From Microthyrium microscopicum (taxonomy: Eukaryota): 38,482 nucleotides of DNA. The stretch spans positions 66,671-105,152 of the forward strand of contig MU004234.1 of assembly GCA_010405405.1 (NCBI GenBank), written 5' to 3'. The stretch's first letter is position 1. The number at the start of each line of letters is the position of its first letter. The position numbers and the translations under genes are program-made. This document shows, in pieces, positions 1 through 12,554 of this stretch. The notes beneath the pieces were generated by a model. The model was not told the DNA's origin and searched no databases. It was given only the letters and a program-made list of their open reading frames with translations.

Positions 1-1581
1 CAACAAAAAGGCCTGGAAAGCTGGAAAATGCATCGTGGTGTATGTAGCAGGCTCTGCGCCAACCGGACGCTCTCGAGACTTTTGACAGTACTTTTCAAAC
101 ATACCGGTCCACCAGTCGAGGTGCTTATCAACATCGATTCCTTGGGTATCTCGGAGAAACCTAAAGCATGTGTCTTGATCTAGTTCCTTCTTCCCTGATG
201 AAGAATCTTCCCGGGAGAGTATGGATTGAAATATCTGTTTGATGTCATGTCGCTTCCTAAGGCGCTTGATAAACATGCGAAACTGTTGGAAGTTCAAGCC
301 GGAAGTATGGTCCTGATCAGCTCGCAGGAATTGCTCTCTGAGTTTTGCATCTGAGCAATTAATGCCGAGCTTTTTGCGGCAAAGGATTTTGATGTTATCA
401 AAATCAAGTTCCACGGATCCATCGAATTCAGCTCCTGGGACCTTGGCGTGTACTTCGGATTTCCAGATGTCTTTCAGGCTCTTTGCTCCACCTTTTCGAA
501 TATTTGTCATGGTCTCAATGCGCGTCCGTTGAATTTGATTGATTGTTTCGATCCAATGTCTGCAGGTTGACTCGTCTTCTGCTATCAGATGCATAGTCTT
601 TTGAGCTCCAATCGTTCTGGACACATCTCTGTACACAATGGTGAACCATCGTTTTCCAATTTCGGGGTCAAGATATCCAAGGGCATTTCGGTATTCTTTT
701 GCTTCAAGCCCATCTTGAATGCTTTGGACGTCATCAATGTAGACCTGTTTGGAGAGGCCAGTATCCCAAGAAAATTTGGCGGCCTCAAAATCAAGGCGCA
801 GACGAATTTCCTTGGGTTTTTTGCCCTTCTTTGCCACCTTTGTAACTGTTGTTCCAGCTCTCAGAATCGCAGGTACAAGAGGACCAATACCATCAGAAGC
901 TGTCGATGATGCCATGCTAGGGCGAGACTGCGCAGCTGAAGGAATTTTGGTAGAAGATCTATCTTCAAGATCATTGACAGCCTCGTCATCTTCGCTGTCA
1001 AGGTCCAGGTCAGAGATTTCGGGATTATTGTCAATGGTGGCACGGCTGCCGTCGAATGGGACGCGAACGCTTCCGCTTAAACGCCGCATGACCATCGGGC
1101 CTGCGCTCAGGTCTCTGCTGGTGTTAACATTGGATCCACGCCGGTGGCCAAGTCGACTATGAGCACCCTTAGACAGTCGACGAACGATATCTCCGGGACT
1201 ACGGGACATTATCATCGCTTCTGCCATGGCAGAAGCCAAAGCTGGTGGAGAAGCCATGGAGGTGATACTGGCATTGTCAGGTTGCGTTCCTGCCATTGAA
1301 GTAGGTACGGTGGTAGTAGTAAGCGGAGACATGAAACCTTCTGGACTGGTAGAAATAGAAGTATTGGTAGGTGGTATTGATGTCGTAGATATTAGACTAC
1401 CTCTGGATGAGTTGTTGGATATGGCGGATGCAAGGTTGCTGGCAGGAGGAATATTGGTGGAGACATTTTGTCTGAACCTGGACTTTGAAATTGAAAATGT
1501 TTGGGAGGATTTCTTTGAAGGAGGGTGAGTATCTCCTTTGAACTCGGGGGACGGAGGAGTAGAGGAGGATTTTGACTCCAT
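1..1581 (-). CDS. PLC1: Phosphoinositide-specific phospholipase C, 5' part (low-complexity N-terminus, PH domain, EF-hand region); truncated by the window edge
   Basis: Minus-strand frame open from ATG at 1581 to base 1 (MESKSSSTPPSPEF...). PH-like segment LRAGTTVTKVAKKGKKPKEIRLRLDFEAAKFSWD...YIDDVQSIQDG...RWFTIVY...KTMHLIA...HWIETI and EF-hand-like segment LGINCSDAKLREQFLRADQDHTSGLNFQQFRMFIKRLRKRHDIKQIF resemble fungal Plc1. The catalytic X/Y domains would lie beyond the window. An acceptor-like site near 1612 means an upstream exon is possible. Confidence 0.88.
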   Translation of the reverse strand, partial: MESKSSSTPPSPEFKGDTHPPSKKSSQTFSISKSRFRQNVSTNIPPASNLASAISNNSSRGSLISTTSIPPTNTSISTSPEGFMSPLTTTTVPTSMAGTQPDNASITSMASPPALASAMAEAMIMSRSPGDIVRRLSKGAHSRLGHRRGSNVNTSRDLSAGPMVMRRLSGSVRVPFDGSRATIDNNPEISDLDLDSEDDEAVNDLEDRSSTKIPSAAQSRPSMASSTASDGIGPLVPAILRAGTTVTKVAKKGKKPKEIRLRLDFEAAKFSWDTGLSKQVYIDDVQSIQDGLEAKEYRNALGYLDPEIGKRWFTIVYRDVSRTIGAQKTMHLIAEDESTCRHWIETINQIQRTRIETMTNIRKGGAKSLKDIWKSEVHAKVPGAEFDGSVELDFDNIKILCRKKLGINCSDAKLREQFLRADQDHTSGLNFQQFRMFIKRLRKRHDIKQIFQSILSREDSSSGKKELDQDTCFRFLRDTQGIDVDKHLDWWTGMFEKYCQKSRERPVGAEPATYTTMHFPAFQAFLL

Positions 1582-4500
1582 GTTGAAATTGTTGAAATGC
1601 AAGGCGGATAGCCTAAAATTGATGACAAGGTCTCATTTTGTTGAGCAAACGACTAAAGAGACAGTGAAAAGTCGAAGCAGTGGACTGGCAAATTTAGCCA
1701 CAAATTCTTTGGACGATCAAAAGTCGAGAGGCCGATCGTAGTAAGGTGAAACTGAATTTGAGGTGGACGGGTTGGAAATAGAACTCTTGGAGAAATATCG
1801 TCAGATCAAGAGGCTCCAGAGGTGCATAAGAATGCCAGAGCCAACAGCACTCTGACAAGTGTGGGCTATGAATAAATTCAAAGGTAACGTGTAAGCCAGT
1901 AGATTTGGAGCCCAACAGAATGTCGAGGGGGCCGAGCGGCAGTGCAGTCAGTGCAGACCTGAAAATAATGGGAAGCAAACAGAAGCAGTCGGATCACTAG
2001 AGTGAGTACGACGATGGAAAAGTTGACAGGGATGCAGTGATGAGCCAAAAAGGTGGTGAGGCCGATATGCACTGATGCAACCTGCGAAGGCGCAGTATAT
2101 GCAGTATTTTATGTGCGGATGCTTACTCTCTTGGGTGCCAGACTGCCAGACTGGCAGTGTGGAGATGCAGGTATATCCGTGGTGCTCAAACCAGGCAAAT
2201 GCAGAGGCAATTGGCGGAGGGCAGGCAAGGCAGGCCAAGGACCTAGCTTGCTACAGTACAGTAGTAGAGAGTAAGTTACTGTAAGTGGTTGGATGAAGGA
2301 TGCGTGGGATTTGATGCGACGGAAATTCAATTGAGGGCCAGCCGCGCTTGAGGATTTGCTGGGTCTATTCGTGCTGCAGACAGGACCAGATGTGGAAAGG
2401 CGCTGAAGCTTCAGGCACGCGCACGAGAGCAAAGCAATTGCTCGATGACCGCAGATTACGAGGGCGCCGTGGAGAATGCAGCCTGCAGCAAATAATGCGA
2501 GTGCGACGCGCAGCAAGCGCAGAAAATGATTTAGGTAGGTGAGGCACCGGAAGACACACGAGTACTGAAGGTGTGGAGGTTGTAGACTCTAGAGGTACTT
2601 GGTGATAGATTGCAGAATAATCGAGTGATCAATAAATATCCAAGACCAGGCGGGACGAAGGGTGATCTGAGACTGAAGAAAGGCGCAAAGGGGGTCGTAG
2701 GAGATATTGATCCAAAAGGCTTGGCCGTTTGATTTCTGAGCGGGAGTTGAAAGATCCTGTCGGAAGCAGTGGATGAGTTAGGTAGTGATGTGACAGCAAG
2801 ATAGGAAGCATTCAAAGAAGAAAGGGGAGCGGATGTTATTTGTTGAAGTTAGAGTAGTAGAGTTGGAGCTGGAGCTGGAGACGAGTCTGACGAGACAAGA
2901 ATAATAAGATGGAAATGGCGATGGGCGACAGCGCTGAAAGAAGGTTAGGAGTGTTTGAGTATTTGAGACTGGACCGCCTACTACCCTTAGGCTACGGGCA
3001 GAAAACCACGAGAGAAGAATGGGCGGTAAAGAAAAAAAAACTTGCTAGACCAGGAACAGCGCAAAGCCAGGAATCAGGAGTAGCGAATTTGCGGAGACTA
3101 CCAACTTGTTCTCCGTAATTATGACCAGCTCACAAGCTCAACGGTTCTAAGCTCGCGCGTCCTAGGGGGCCATATTATACGGGGTAGGATTAGTATGCTA
3201 CTAGTAATTATGAATGACTGGATCCATCAAGGGGTAATTGACGTGACTGGCCAAGTATCTTTCTTGGTACCTACGCGGTCTACGGGGTAAAAAGGTACTC
3301 CACCCACTACAAAGTACTGCCACCATCTCCGTGCCATGGCTTCAAAACATCACAAATTGCCAGTTAGAATCATGTCTTTTACCCTTGATTTGTCTTGATC
3401 CTTACTACTGCCTCTCTCCTCTCTTGCCACGCCCACAAATTGCCGCATAACCTTACTGCTGTTGTCCAAGCAGTTACCAAGCAGTACCAACCTTGAAAGT
3501 CATGACATGACAGTACCAGGCAGGCGGAGCCTTGTTGCGGTTGACTAGCTGTTACGCCAGTGCCCGGTTCCTCTGCCAGATCGTTATTCTTCCTTTCGCA
3601 TTTTCCTAATTTACACATCATATCCTTGTTTACCTGTATCTATTCTGGGTTGACAAAGCCCACTATACCTGGAAGCCTTGTATGGGAAGTGTTGCCCATA
3701 CAATTTCGCGCATCCCCCGCCGTAACATCTACAAACTTGCATGTTACAACCAATAGCCGTGACTCAGCTATACCGGATGCCTATTTCTTGGACCGGCAAG
3801 TCGTATCGATTGTGGTAGGTACTGCAACTGCCTCACTTGCGGTAAAACGACCGTCTGCAACTTCTGCATTTGAATTGACCATCAACCAATTAGCCTTTCT
3901 ACACACTTTCTTTGATGATTCCAGACATGGCTGATTCAATAATTTCCAGGCTGAATTAGCATTCTACCGGCACATGTCTCGAACCTGAAAGCCCCTTGAG
4001 AATTCATCATCTTAGTTACTAGCTCAGCTAAGGTTCATACCAGTAAGTAAAACTTTACAAGTGTAACTTTATTTAGTGGATTGGAAATCCAAGAATCTCG
4101 AAATCCAATAATCTCTAGCTGAACATTAGTCTCCGTCTCCGGCTGACGGGAGGCGTGGACGGACAATACTGGTCAGTATCATAATATCAACCAACGGCCG
4201 ATCAATTACGGCAGCGCCCGTCTGGGAAACCAGCACCATCAAGCTCACGCGGCTATAATACAGGTGCTATGGCTGCACATATATCTGCCTCGAGCAGTCG
4301 TGCGATGGCAGCTCGAGGCAATTCGATCACGCAGACACCCGAGCGCTACAACAGTACAAAGTACGGCAGAAATGCTCTCACTGGCGGAACAAATCAGCCA
4401 TTGTTTGACATTCTTGTGTGCTGTTGCGTGATGTCGTTTCGTCAAGTCATAGGCAGTAAAGATATTCAGATTTAGAGTCAGAAATTAGATTCCACAGAGT

Positions 4501-7500
4501 CCATCATTCCAAGAAGTACATCGGCTCTTTGGGAGAAGGATCCTAGTCACATCCCTGTTTGCTTTGCCAGTGTCTCAAACCTTGTTGCAAAGACACTTCA
4601 GTTCCCACGCCAATCGTCAGGTTGGGGGCGATGTACTTCAACCAAAATGCTTTGGCTGATGATTTCGTAGACTGGTACTGGGTCGTGATACTGTCATCCT
4701 GCCGTGGCAGAGCCCAATCTTACTACCTACAACTTTTTAAATGTCTGTACGTTGAAAAAACACCCTTGCCAGCACAGCCGCCGCCAACCGACGTGCAAAA
4801 CCAGGTAACTAATCTTTTTTATCATACGATCCTAAGCTAATGAATGTTGGACTGCCTTCACAGTGCCTTGTGTCCTTTTATTAGCGAGGGCCACGAATAT
4901 CACGATGATCCTACTGCTGGCTGTGCATTCATTTACCCAATCAAAACATAAGTTCCTCACAGTCCCTTTCAAATCGCCAATAGAACCTAGCAGCGACCAC
5001 AATGTATCTGTTTTGCCAATACTGAATAATGCGATCAACAGTCACATATTCGCAATGAACCCTTCCCGCGCCGAAATGGCGTTGACACTGACACGTTAAA
5101 AAGTGGCTTGAGCGCCGGAGATTTTCTTTTACATTCATGATGAAGAAAGAATGTCGCAATCTCCCCTTTCGACATTTAAAACACCAACTCATTTACATCG
5201 CACTCATCAACAACCATCGCCGTCGCGTCACGGTCGTCAGTGGTCACCCAAATCTGATACCCCTATCCTAGCAGTGTCCAAGCCTTACCAACTACGGTTA
5301 GGCGCCGCCAACAGTGTCCTGCCAACTTTAACAGGGGGATAGGCTTGGTCTAAACGTGCCACGTCCCTTTAGTTGCCCAAAACTGACGATACACTACTTT
5401 GAATTTTGAAAAGCCTGAACCATACCATAGCGTTCTTGTTCCCTATACTCTGAAACATGTCATTCAAGCCGTTGCCGCATGTTCTTTTGATTGGCTATTT
5501 CCACTTTGACGTCATGGAGGATTTTCTTCAACGACTTCTCGAACGATTTGTGCTTCGGCTAAGTGCTCCTACTTCGGCCAATTTCTAACTTTTTATATGT
5601 CTTCTTTGCTTCGTGTTGTGACATGCTGATCCTATTGATCCAGGGCCTTCAGGGCCCCAAAACCCCACTCCTCTATCTCGTTTGCTTCTGATAGCTCAGC
5701 AAGGCGGATGCGCCTGTAGCGGAAATCCTTTTCAGGCGATTGTTGAAGTTCACTGATCAACTTCCATGGGACTTTACCTCAAGCTTCCGGACGGACCGGA
5801 TGTAATAAGCTTCGTCATAGGTACCTGTTATGTTGCGTTTGAACTTTGAAGTGAGGGTTTGTTCGGATTCCGGCATCCTCGGAAATCAGCTACAACCACG
5901 ACCAAATTGTTGCCAATCTCGTGAGTCTCTTACAGCTTGGCGGCTAATGGGGTAACGATGTTCAATTCGGGTTCGGAACAGCTTCGCTTTCAGAGGCATG
6001 GAGGTTCGTAAATTACTCCTTGAGACCAAACTGTCCAATCTCGATCTATTCCTTGCTGTTATGAATCACCTCGGCTGAGCTTGGAATGTGCCTGATCTGT
6101 TTCACGATTGGCTCCATCTTGTGGCTATGACTTGCTCGTCTCGCCACTTTCTCCTGTTCCTGTTCCCTGTACGGCCAACATCCAACACCAACAGAGCTTT
6201 GCGCTGGGCAGCCTAGCAATTCCACTCACCTTCTCTAGCACGTCTAGGCCATTTGCGCAACGTGGCCAACAAAGCTTATTCCGTCTACGCCGCTACTTTA
6301 ACGGCGGTCTAAGCACTTTACGGACTCGTCATCCAATATTTCTCCTATGATATAACAACTGGGGCCGCGTAGACGAAGCTTTAGATGTGACAAACGACGA
6401 CTCCACAACCCCCTTAACCAATCAATGCATTCTGCAGCCTCGTTCCTGGCACTTTCTCATCCCACACGTGGCTGAAGTCTGAAGAACGTGCCCAGTTTCC
6501 AATGGCGATGGAAGATTGCATCGAGGATCCACTGCCTTGGATTTTCAGTCCCATTTTCCACAGGGTCATCCCGGTTTTGGCCGTAGACTCGCCGCATGCA
6601 TCCCACGTACTTGGCTCCTTCCAATCCGTCTCCTCCAGTCAGAAATCAATCCTCCAATTCAATGCTTAGCTTGTTCTGCGAATAGGCACTCGGCATTGGC
6701 GTTGGTAACTGTCAGTCGTCGGCGGAGCAAAAGATACTCTTGTCATTGCTGTCAGCGTGACCTTCTTGCTTCGATGTACACTGTCGCACGCTTATGCTGG
6801 CCTTGAAACTTCCCAATTCGGGCAACTGCTCGCTGGACTTTGTTTATACCCGACCATATAACATCGTCAACCAATATTGCCAACGGTACATGCATATGGT
6901 ACAAATGATGCAAGCGAGGCGAATGTATAGAATGAGGATCACATAAACAGCCACGTCGTAGCACAGCAATGTTTCGTGCCACCTGGATACTATCCGAATC
7001 TCGCGGATATATACCAGGCCAATTCGAGGATTTTACCGTAACCGTCCAAGCAAAGAAAACATGTTCCTCAAGCAAGGATTCCCCACAGTGCAAGGGCCAT
7101 AATCTGGCTCATTGGACGTTTTCAGATCTGCCCACATGACTTGTCTGCGTGGGCCAGTTGCAGACTCGTGCATATCCAGTCAAAGAAAATGCTGTCGCAA
7201 AGCGGTGTGCCTTTCCTTCCGACAATCAGAATGTTTCCCATTCCCCATCGTGACATGTAACCGGCCAATCCGTGAGCGCTTACTCCGAGTACTCCTGTCA
7301 CAAAATTGACAACTGCGTTATCTTATCCCGAGGTACCCGAGCGACCTGAGTGGGTGGTCCAAGTGACTATCTTCATGTCGGCAATCGTCGCGGTTAATAC
7401 GCTGGCCCCGTCGTCGCGCCAACTACGCAACTACCGTAGAGTGCGTATCGTCATATCTTGGCCCCTTGTTGATTTCGTAACTGTGCAACGTCGTTGATAT

Positions 7501-8730
7501 CTTCCGTGGCCAGGCAACTGGTTACGGGTATAGTAGCAAGATTTTTTCTTGTCCAGCATTTCGCTTACTGCCGCGCACAACAGCGTGGGAGAAAAGCCAT
7601 ACATATTCTTCATTTTGCATCAGTTTAATTGGCCGATAAGTCCAACTACACGTCTGGCACAAGGCCAATCAAATGCTGTTCGCTTACCAAAAAAAACCTA
7701 CAGATTTCATTCCCTCCCTGCTGCGTGCCAACCAAATAAAAGTCTAGGCAAAGTCTCGGCCAGCCAGCACAGAGGCCCGTATTCGCCATTGAGGCCGGCC
7801 TAGAAAGGGGTGTAGTGTACAGATTTGTCCAACCTCACCCCGTAAACAGCAACCGCATGCTTTCCCCTTGAACACAGATTCAGTCCCAACGTAGACTTGA
7901 CCGGTCATTACGAATATCGCATGCTGTTGCGGACGTCGGAAGAGCAGCGAAGCACCCTGGAGACAGGGCGAAGATGCCGTTCAAGTGCTGTTAACGAAGC
8001 AAACAACAAATCAATAGCTGCCAACGGGACAAGATTCCCCGCTGTTGGCCTGCATGCTGTAATGCGAACACCTACTTTTTGCATTACCTGCAGGCTGCAA
8101 CCCTCCATGGACTCGGTCTTAATATCGACATGCTATTATTTCTTATCGGCTGTCGCGCGAAATGCGTTAATACGTTTAAAAAGGTAGAAAAGGACCGCGT
8201 GAGCGGAATAGGGTACGTCGGGTAGTGACAGGCTTGGAGAAATCTATGCTGTCAGTGTCAGACAAAGAGATATCTGTAGAGAAAGGAGTGTATCTGCTGC
8301 GTACTACGGCTGGGCTGCAATGTACTCTGTCTCTGCCTCATGCCATCACGAGAAAATGTCAAACAGGGCAGCCAATTATATCTGGTTGATATCCGTGATT
8401 TGCCAACCCGCAGTCTGGGGAGGATTCTTGATATGCTTTAGGGGCATGCATAGGATTGCTATTCTGGTAAAGCGAAAACTTAAAATCTGGTAATCCCTGA
8501 GCTCCGCAGCTCTTCATCTTCCTAATCTAGCGTCTGATGATGGGATAGATTCTAAACATTGGTCCACTACTCTCGTTTGACACCATTCTGGGCATCTGGC
8601 CAAGGGCTGATTATGCACGACACGAACGGCATGAGATAGAAGAAAGGAATGACACACAGCTCTCTCACACCCACTTGCAACACCTGCATCGAAAGGATCA
8701 AAATAACTCTATCAGCTCATCATGCATATT

Positions 8731-11157
8731 TTAGTCCTCAATCTCATCATCATTCTCACTGTCATCAGGCAAGTCGTACACGGATGGGATTGCCCTGTGT
8801 TGCCGCTTATTCATGCGCTTTAGATAAGTCGTAGCCATTTCACCGTCAAATGCTGCCCCTGTTGCATCTTCACCCCATGTGCCAGCCGCCATTTGCGACG
8901 AGCTAGATCCCACAAACGGAGCAGGCCGCTTAAACACGCCTGTAGCACCATTGCTACTTCTATGCAATGTGTTGGTGCCAGAACCTAACGCTATGGGGTC
9001 ATGTACGCCCCGCGCGAGTCTGCTAGCTGACTGTATATGAGTACGCTGCTCTGCCGTGTAACTATCGTGGACATGCACATGTCTTCGTGGATCCACCGTG
9101 GCCGCTTTTGACATTGCATGAGATGGCAATGAGGATGAGGCCCCTCTGGAGGCCATCATGCTGCTGGCCATTGTCCGCCATGGCGCATTTGCGGTATTTG
9201 CTGTCTTTGGTAAGGGCCATCTGTGCGTGTGCAGGCCTAGATCTGGGTCTTTTGGCCTGGAAGACCGGTCGCTAGCATGTGTATTGTTGTCCCTATCGCG
9301 GCTCGGACGGCTTGGGCCATTCTGAGCCGTTCCTGTCGCTAATGCTCCCGTCTGTGGCGAAGAGGCCAGACTGGCGGCCTTGGAAGTGTTTGCTGGGTCT
9401 TTTGCCGAAGTGGTCCAACGACTTTCGCTAGCATCTTCATCGTCAACGGACGAGGCTTGCGCATGCATCGAGGCCGCTAGATGTTTTTCGGACGAACGGA
9501 AGGGAGATCGATGGGGACTTGATGAAAGAAAGACAAACTTCTGCCAGGAAGCTTCTTCTGGGGGTGTGGCACGGGTGGGAGCGTTTGATATCCCCGATCC
9601 GGTTACGTTTCTCGCACTGTCAAGATTTTGAGAGGTGCGCATGGAACTGTCGTCAGATATTAGTGCCGTGAACTGCGGACTAGGAGATCGCAGGTCTGAT
9701 TGCAAGGCAATTAGTTGATCCACAGGCGGGTCCCGCGTAGTGTATTCTGTTTGGAGTTGATTGATACTATTATCTAGATCAGCGTGCAAGTTCTGGTTAT
9801 CAATTGCAATTGCGTGAACAATTTCTGCATCCTTTGCATTTCGCAGAGGATTGTCATTAAAGATCAGGCGTATTCCATCTTCGCTATCGCTTCTGGAATG
9901 ACGGCGTCTCATGATGGCCATTGCCTCTTCATAGTCTTCATCGACTGACTGCTCGCGTGCTTGAGTGTCATATACGAAACAATTTGCTGAATCGGATGTA
10001 TTGGATCCTGGGTCCCCCATTGACTCCATAATGTGAGGATCTCGTTCATTGTTCTGCGATTGGCCGTCTGACTCTTCGCTGTATGTCTCCATGTCATCTA
10101 CTTCCATCACACGGGAGTCTAGGATCTTCTTGAATGGATGTCTTACGAAGCTATCTTCGTGGTCAAGCAGCATCGAATCGCTGGCGGGAAACTGAGCTTC
10201 ATCCCTTGTTACCTCAGGCAGTGACTCCATGTTTGATTGTTGCTTCGGTGCCGCCATCGAATCCGGTATAATTGAAGATAGCAGAACTCGATCCAGTAGC
10301 ATGGAATCGGTAGACTCTCGTGAAGCCTGGCTTCTTGAAACCGGCCAGTAAGTCGTCTGCGCCTGAGAGCTATACAAAGCATTGTTTCCGATTTTAACTT
10401 GAATGTCCTGGCTTACGTCTCTTGCAGGAAGTGCACCGCTCATGTAATATCCATTCTCTGACACATCATCGGGGGCGGAATGTTCTCGATGGCCGGCGCC
10501 CAGGTCATACTGAGGAACCTCTTCTGTGATCCTCGGAACCCTCTCCACCCTCCTCCTTTTGACAACGCTCGTCTTTCGTAAGGGTTTGACCTTGGATTTG
10601 AAATGAGTGGGACGACAATGCTTCAAACCTGCCCAGTCATCCATCATCAATAACCGACGTCTTTTGGCTTCAAAGTCCTGGGGAACAGACAACTTCCGTG
10701 GATCCTCTGCCTCACCAGTCCCTTCCATGTCGTTAACATCCTGCTCCTGCTGAAGTACGTGTTCGGGTTCGAGCCTGGTAAATAGGACTGGAGCGGGGAT
10801 GTCGATACTTTCATGGAGAGGTGCAGGATTATGTTGTCTCTTTTCTCCACGAGCTGAGACTGAAGATGGTTTGTTGCCAGTACTGAGTGCGCCTAGTCGA
10901 TGTACCAAAGGAGCCATTGCATCGAACTCTTCAAGCTTACGCTGTCGTCTTTCTCCGTGCTGCTTGGCTGGCTGAGTCGTCGATACATTGTTTTCACTGT
11001 CTTCCTCCCGAAGGAAGTTTGGTTGAAAATGGGTTACCGATTGACTTGTAGGATTATGCGCCATCGCCCTGAGCTTTGCAAAATGTTGCCGCTGTTTGCT
11101 CGCCGAGGCATTCGCTGTCTTCGAATGCCTGTTGAGGCTGCCGCCCATCCAGTTCAT
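8731..11157 (-). CDS. 808-aa mostly disordered protein with N-terminal MNWxGGS...KQxQHF motif; putative HEIP1/REDIC1 (C12orf40)-like meiotic protein
   Basis: Single long ORF. N-terminus MNWMGGSLNRHSK...SKQRQHFAKLR resembles the short conserved N-terminal motif of vertebrate REDIC1/C12orf40 and plant HEIP1; the rest is S/D/E/P-rich low complexity. The CDS is secure; the family assignment rests on a recalled motif only. Confidence 0.8.
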   Translation of the reverse strand: MNWMGGSLNRHSKTANASASKQRQHFAKLRAMAHNPTSQSVTHFQPNFLREEDSENNVSTTQPAKQHGERRQRKLEEFDAMAPLVHRLGALSTGNKPSSVSARGEKRQHNPAPLHESIDIPAPVLFTRLEPEHVLQQEQDVNDMEGTGEAEDPRKLSVPQDFEAKRRRLLMMDDWAGLKHCRPTHFKSKVKPLRKTSVVKRRRVERVPRITEEVPQYDLGAGHREHSAPDDVSENGYYMSGALPARDVSQDIQVKIGNNALYSSQAQTTYWPVSRSQASRESTDSMLLDRVLLSSIIPDSMAAPKQQSNMESLPEVTRDEAQFPASDSMLLDHEDSFVRHPFKKILDSRVMEVDDMETYSEESDGQSQNNERDPHIMESMGDPGSNTSDSANCFVYDTQAREQSVDEDYEEAMAIMRRRHSRSDSEDGIRLIFNDNPLRNAKDAEIVHAIAIDNQNLHADLDNSINQLQTEYTTRDPPVDQLIALQSDLRSPSPQFTALISDDSSMRTSQNLDSARNVTGSGISNAPTRATPPEEASWQKFVFLSSSPHRSPFRSSEKHLAASMHAQASSVDDEDASESRWTTSAKDPANTSKAASLASSPQTGALATGTAQNGPSRPSRDRDNNTHASDRSSRPKDPDLGLHTHRWPLPKTANTANAPWRTMASSMMASRGASSSLPSHAMSKAATVDPRRHVHVHDSYTAEQRTHIQSASRLARGVHDPIALGSGTNTLHRSSNGATGVFKRPAPFVGSSSSQMAAGTWGEDATGAAFDGEMATTYLKRMNKRQHRAIPSVYDLPDDSENDDEIED

Positions 11158-11848
11158 ATTTTCGTAGTGCTCCAGCCTCTAGTGTTGTAGGTAATGCTTG
11201 GTTTCTGATCTTTTCCCGGACCAGCGTAGATAACAACGGAAGTGGATGTCTCGGAGCAGCCAGAAGCGGGAGTGCATTTCTAGAGTTACAGAATGTTGTT
11301 GAAATAAAGTTCGAGGCTAATGAGTCAAGGTTGGAAGGCACGACCTGGGAGACACTGCGACTGCTCCATCGCTCCTTCCCCATAAGTCATTTTACACAAT
11401 CGAAAGCTGTAGGAGAACTTCTTCTCCACAGTTCTATCACTATAAACTGTATGCCTAGATTGGCACCTTGGGGTGTAACACTATCTGAAATTCCATCGGT
11501 TACAAAAAGCGGACAACTGCCAGTCCTCGTAAAATGGGTCTCTATGGTCAGAAGACGCAGAATCCTAAAATTTCAATACGACAGATATGCAATGATTTAA
11601 TTAGGGAATCGCAAGCATGCCCAACTGACATTGTTGCTGCCTGGCCTCACCTGCTTATCTTGGGGCGTCAGCCTTGTAACTTCTAATGGCAGGATTCTGA
11701 GGGATTCAACTATCTCGCAACACCGTGCCGCAATATTTGAGCCAGAGGATAGTATAAAAGCACTATACGAACTAATTCGCATGCTATCAAATACTAAACC
11801 CCTTTTGTTTCTTGAAACCCTGCTCTACAAGTTTGAATATTTGACCAT

Positions 11849-12400
11849 ATGCCACGAACTTATCCATCTCCTCTCAAAGGCTACTCAGAGCAACTCGCTC
11901 TACCAACAACCACCCACCGCGATGGCAAAGGCTGGGCCATGGACAAGCTTGATGCAACCAAGGACACAAAAAGAACAGGCACCGCCTATAAGTCCTTTCC
12001 CGAGCCAATAACCACCTACTACACCACCGGCGGTTTTGATGCCCATATTCTCTTCTCACTCTCATCTCTGGAGGAGCGCAACTACGCCAAAGAACTACAT
12101 ACACGCGTCCGCTATGAGTTTCCAGAGCTGCGAATATACACCCTATTCGAGGAACCAGCTGGCCCATTCCCCATGGGCTCTTTTGAAGTGAGTTTGCGAA
12201 CCCCAGAGGAGCTGGGAGTTTTTGTTGCGTGGTTGGTGGTTCATCGAGGGCCGCTTTCTGTTTTGGTACATCCGAATACGGACGGAGAGGAAGAAGAGGG
12301 ACTGAACTCGGCGGTGGAGGATCATACAACAAGGGCGGTTTGGATGGGTGATAAGGCGGAGTTGAATTTGGATTTCTTCACTAAACAGAGAGAAAAGTAG
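11849..12400 (+). CDS. DOPA 4,5-dioxygenase family protein
   Basis: 183-aa ORF with family motifs GGFDAHI, YAKELH.RVR.EFPELRIY, GPxP, FEV, WLVVHRGPLSVLVHPNT and DHT.RAVWMG. Confidence 0.88.
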   Translation: MPRTYPSPLKGYSEQLALPTTTHRDGKGWAMDKLDATKDTKRTGTAYKSFPEPITTYYTTGGFDAHILFSLSSLEERNYAKELHTRVRYEFPELRIYTLFEEPAGPFPMGSFEVSLRTPEELGVFVAWLVVHRGPLSVLVHPNTDGEEEEGLNSAVEDHTTRAVWMGDKAELNLDFFTKQREK

Positions 12401-12554
12401 AGCAGAGAGTAGGTTGTGGAATAGTAAAGTAGTGGATTAAGTATTATTGTTATACAGTATTAGTTTTACATCTATCATGCCATATCATGCCTCCAAGCGC
12501 CTTGCAGAAAACAAAAAGGTCATTACATTATTCGTTCGACCGCCAGCTTGCAAG

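Noticed and set aside
585..1741. Short ORF-track entries on both strands
   Set aside because: Shadows or alternative frames of the PLC1 coding sequence.
1694..8834. Many 60-135 aa ORFs
   Set aside because: No recognisable motifs, many have non-ATG starts, and their lengths are expected by chance.
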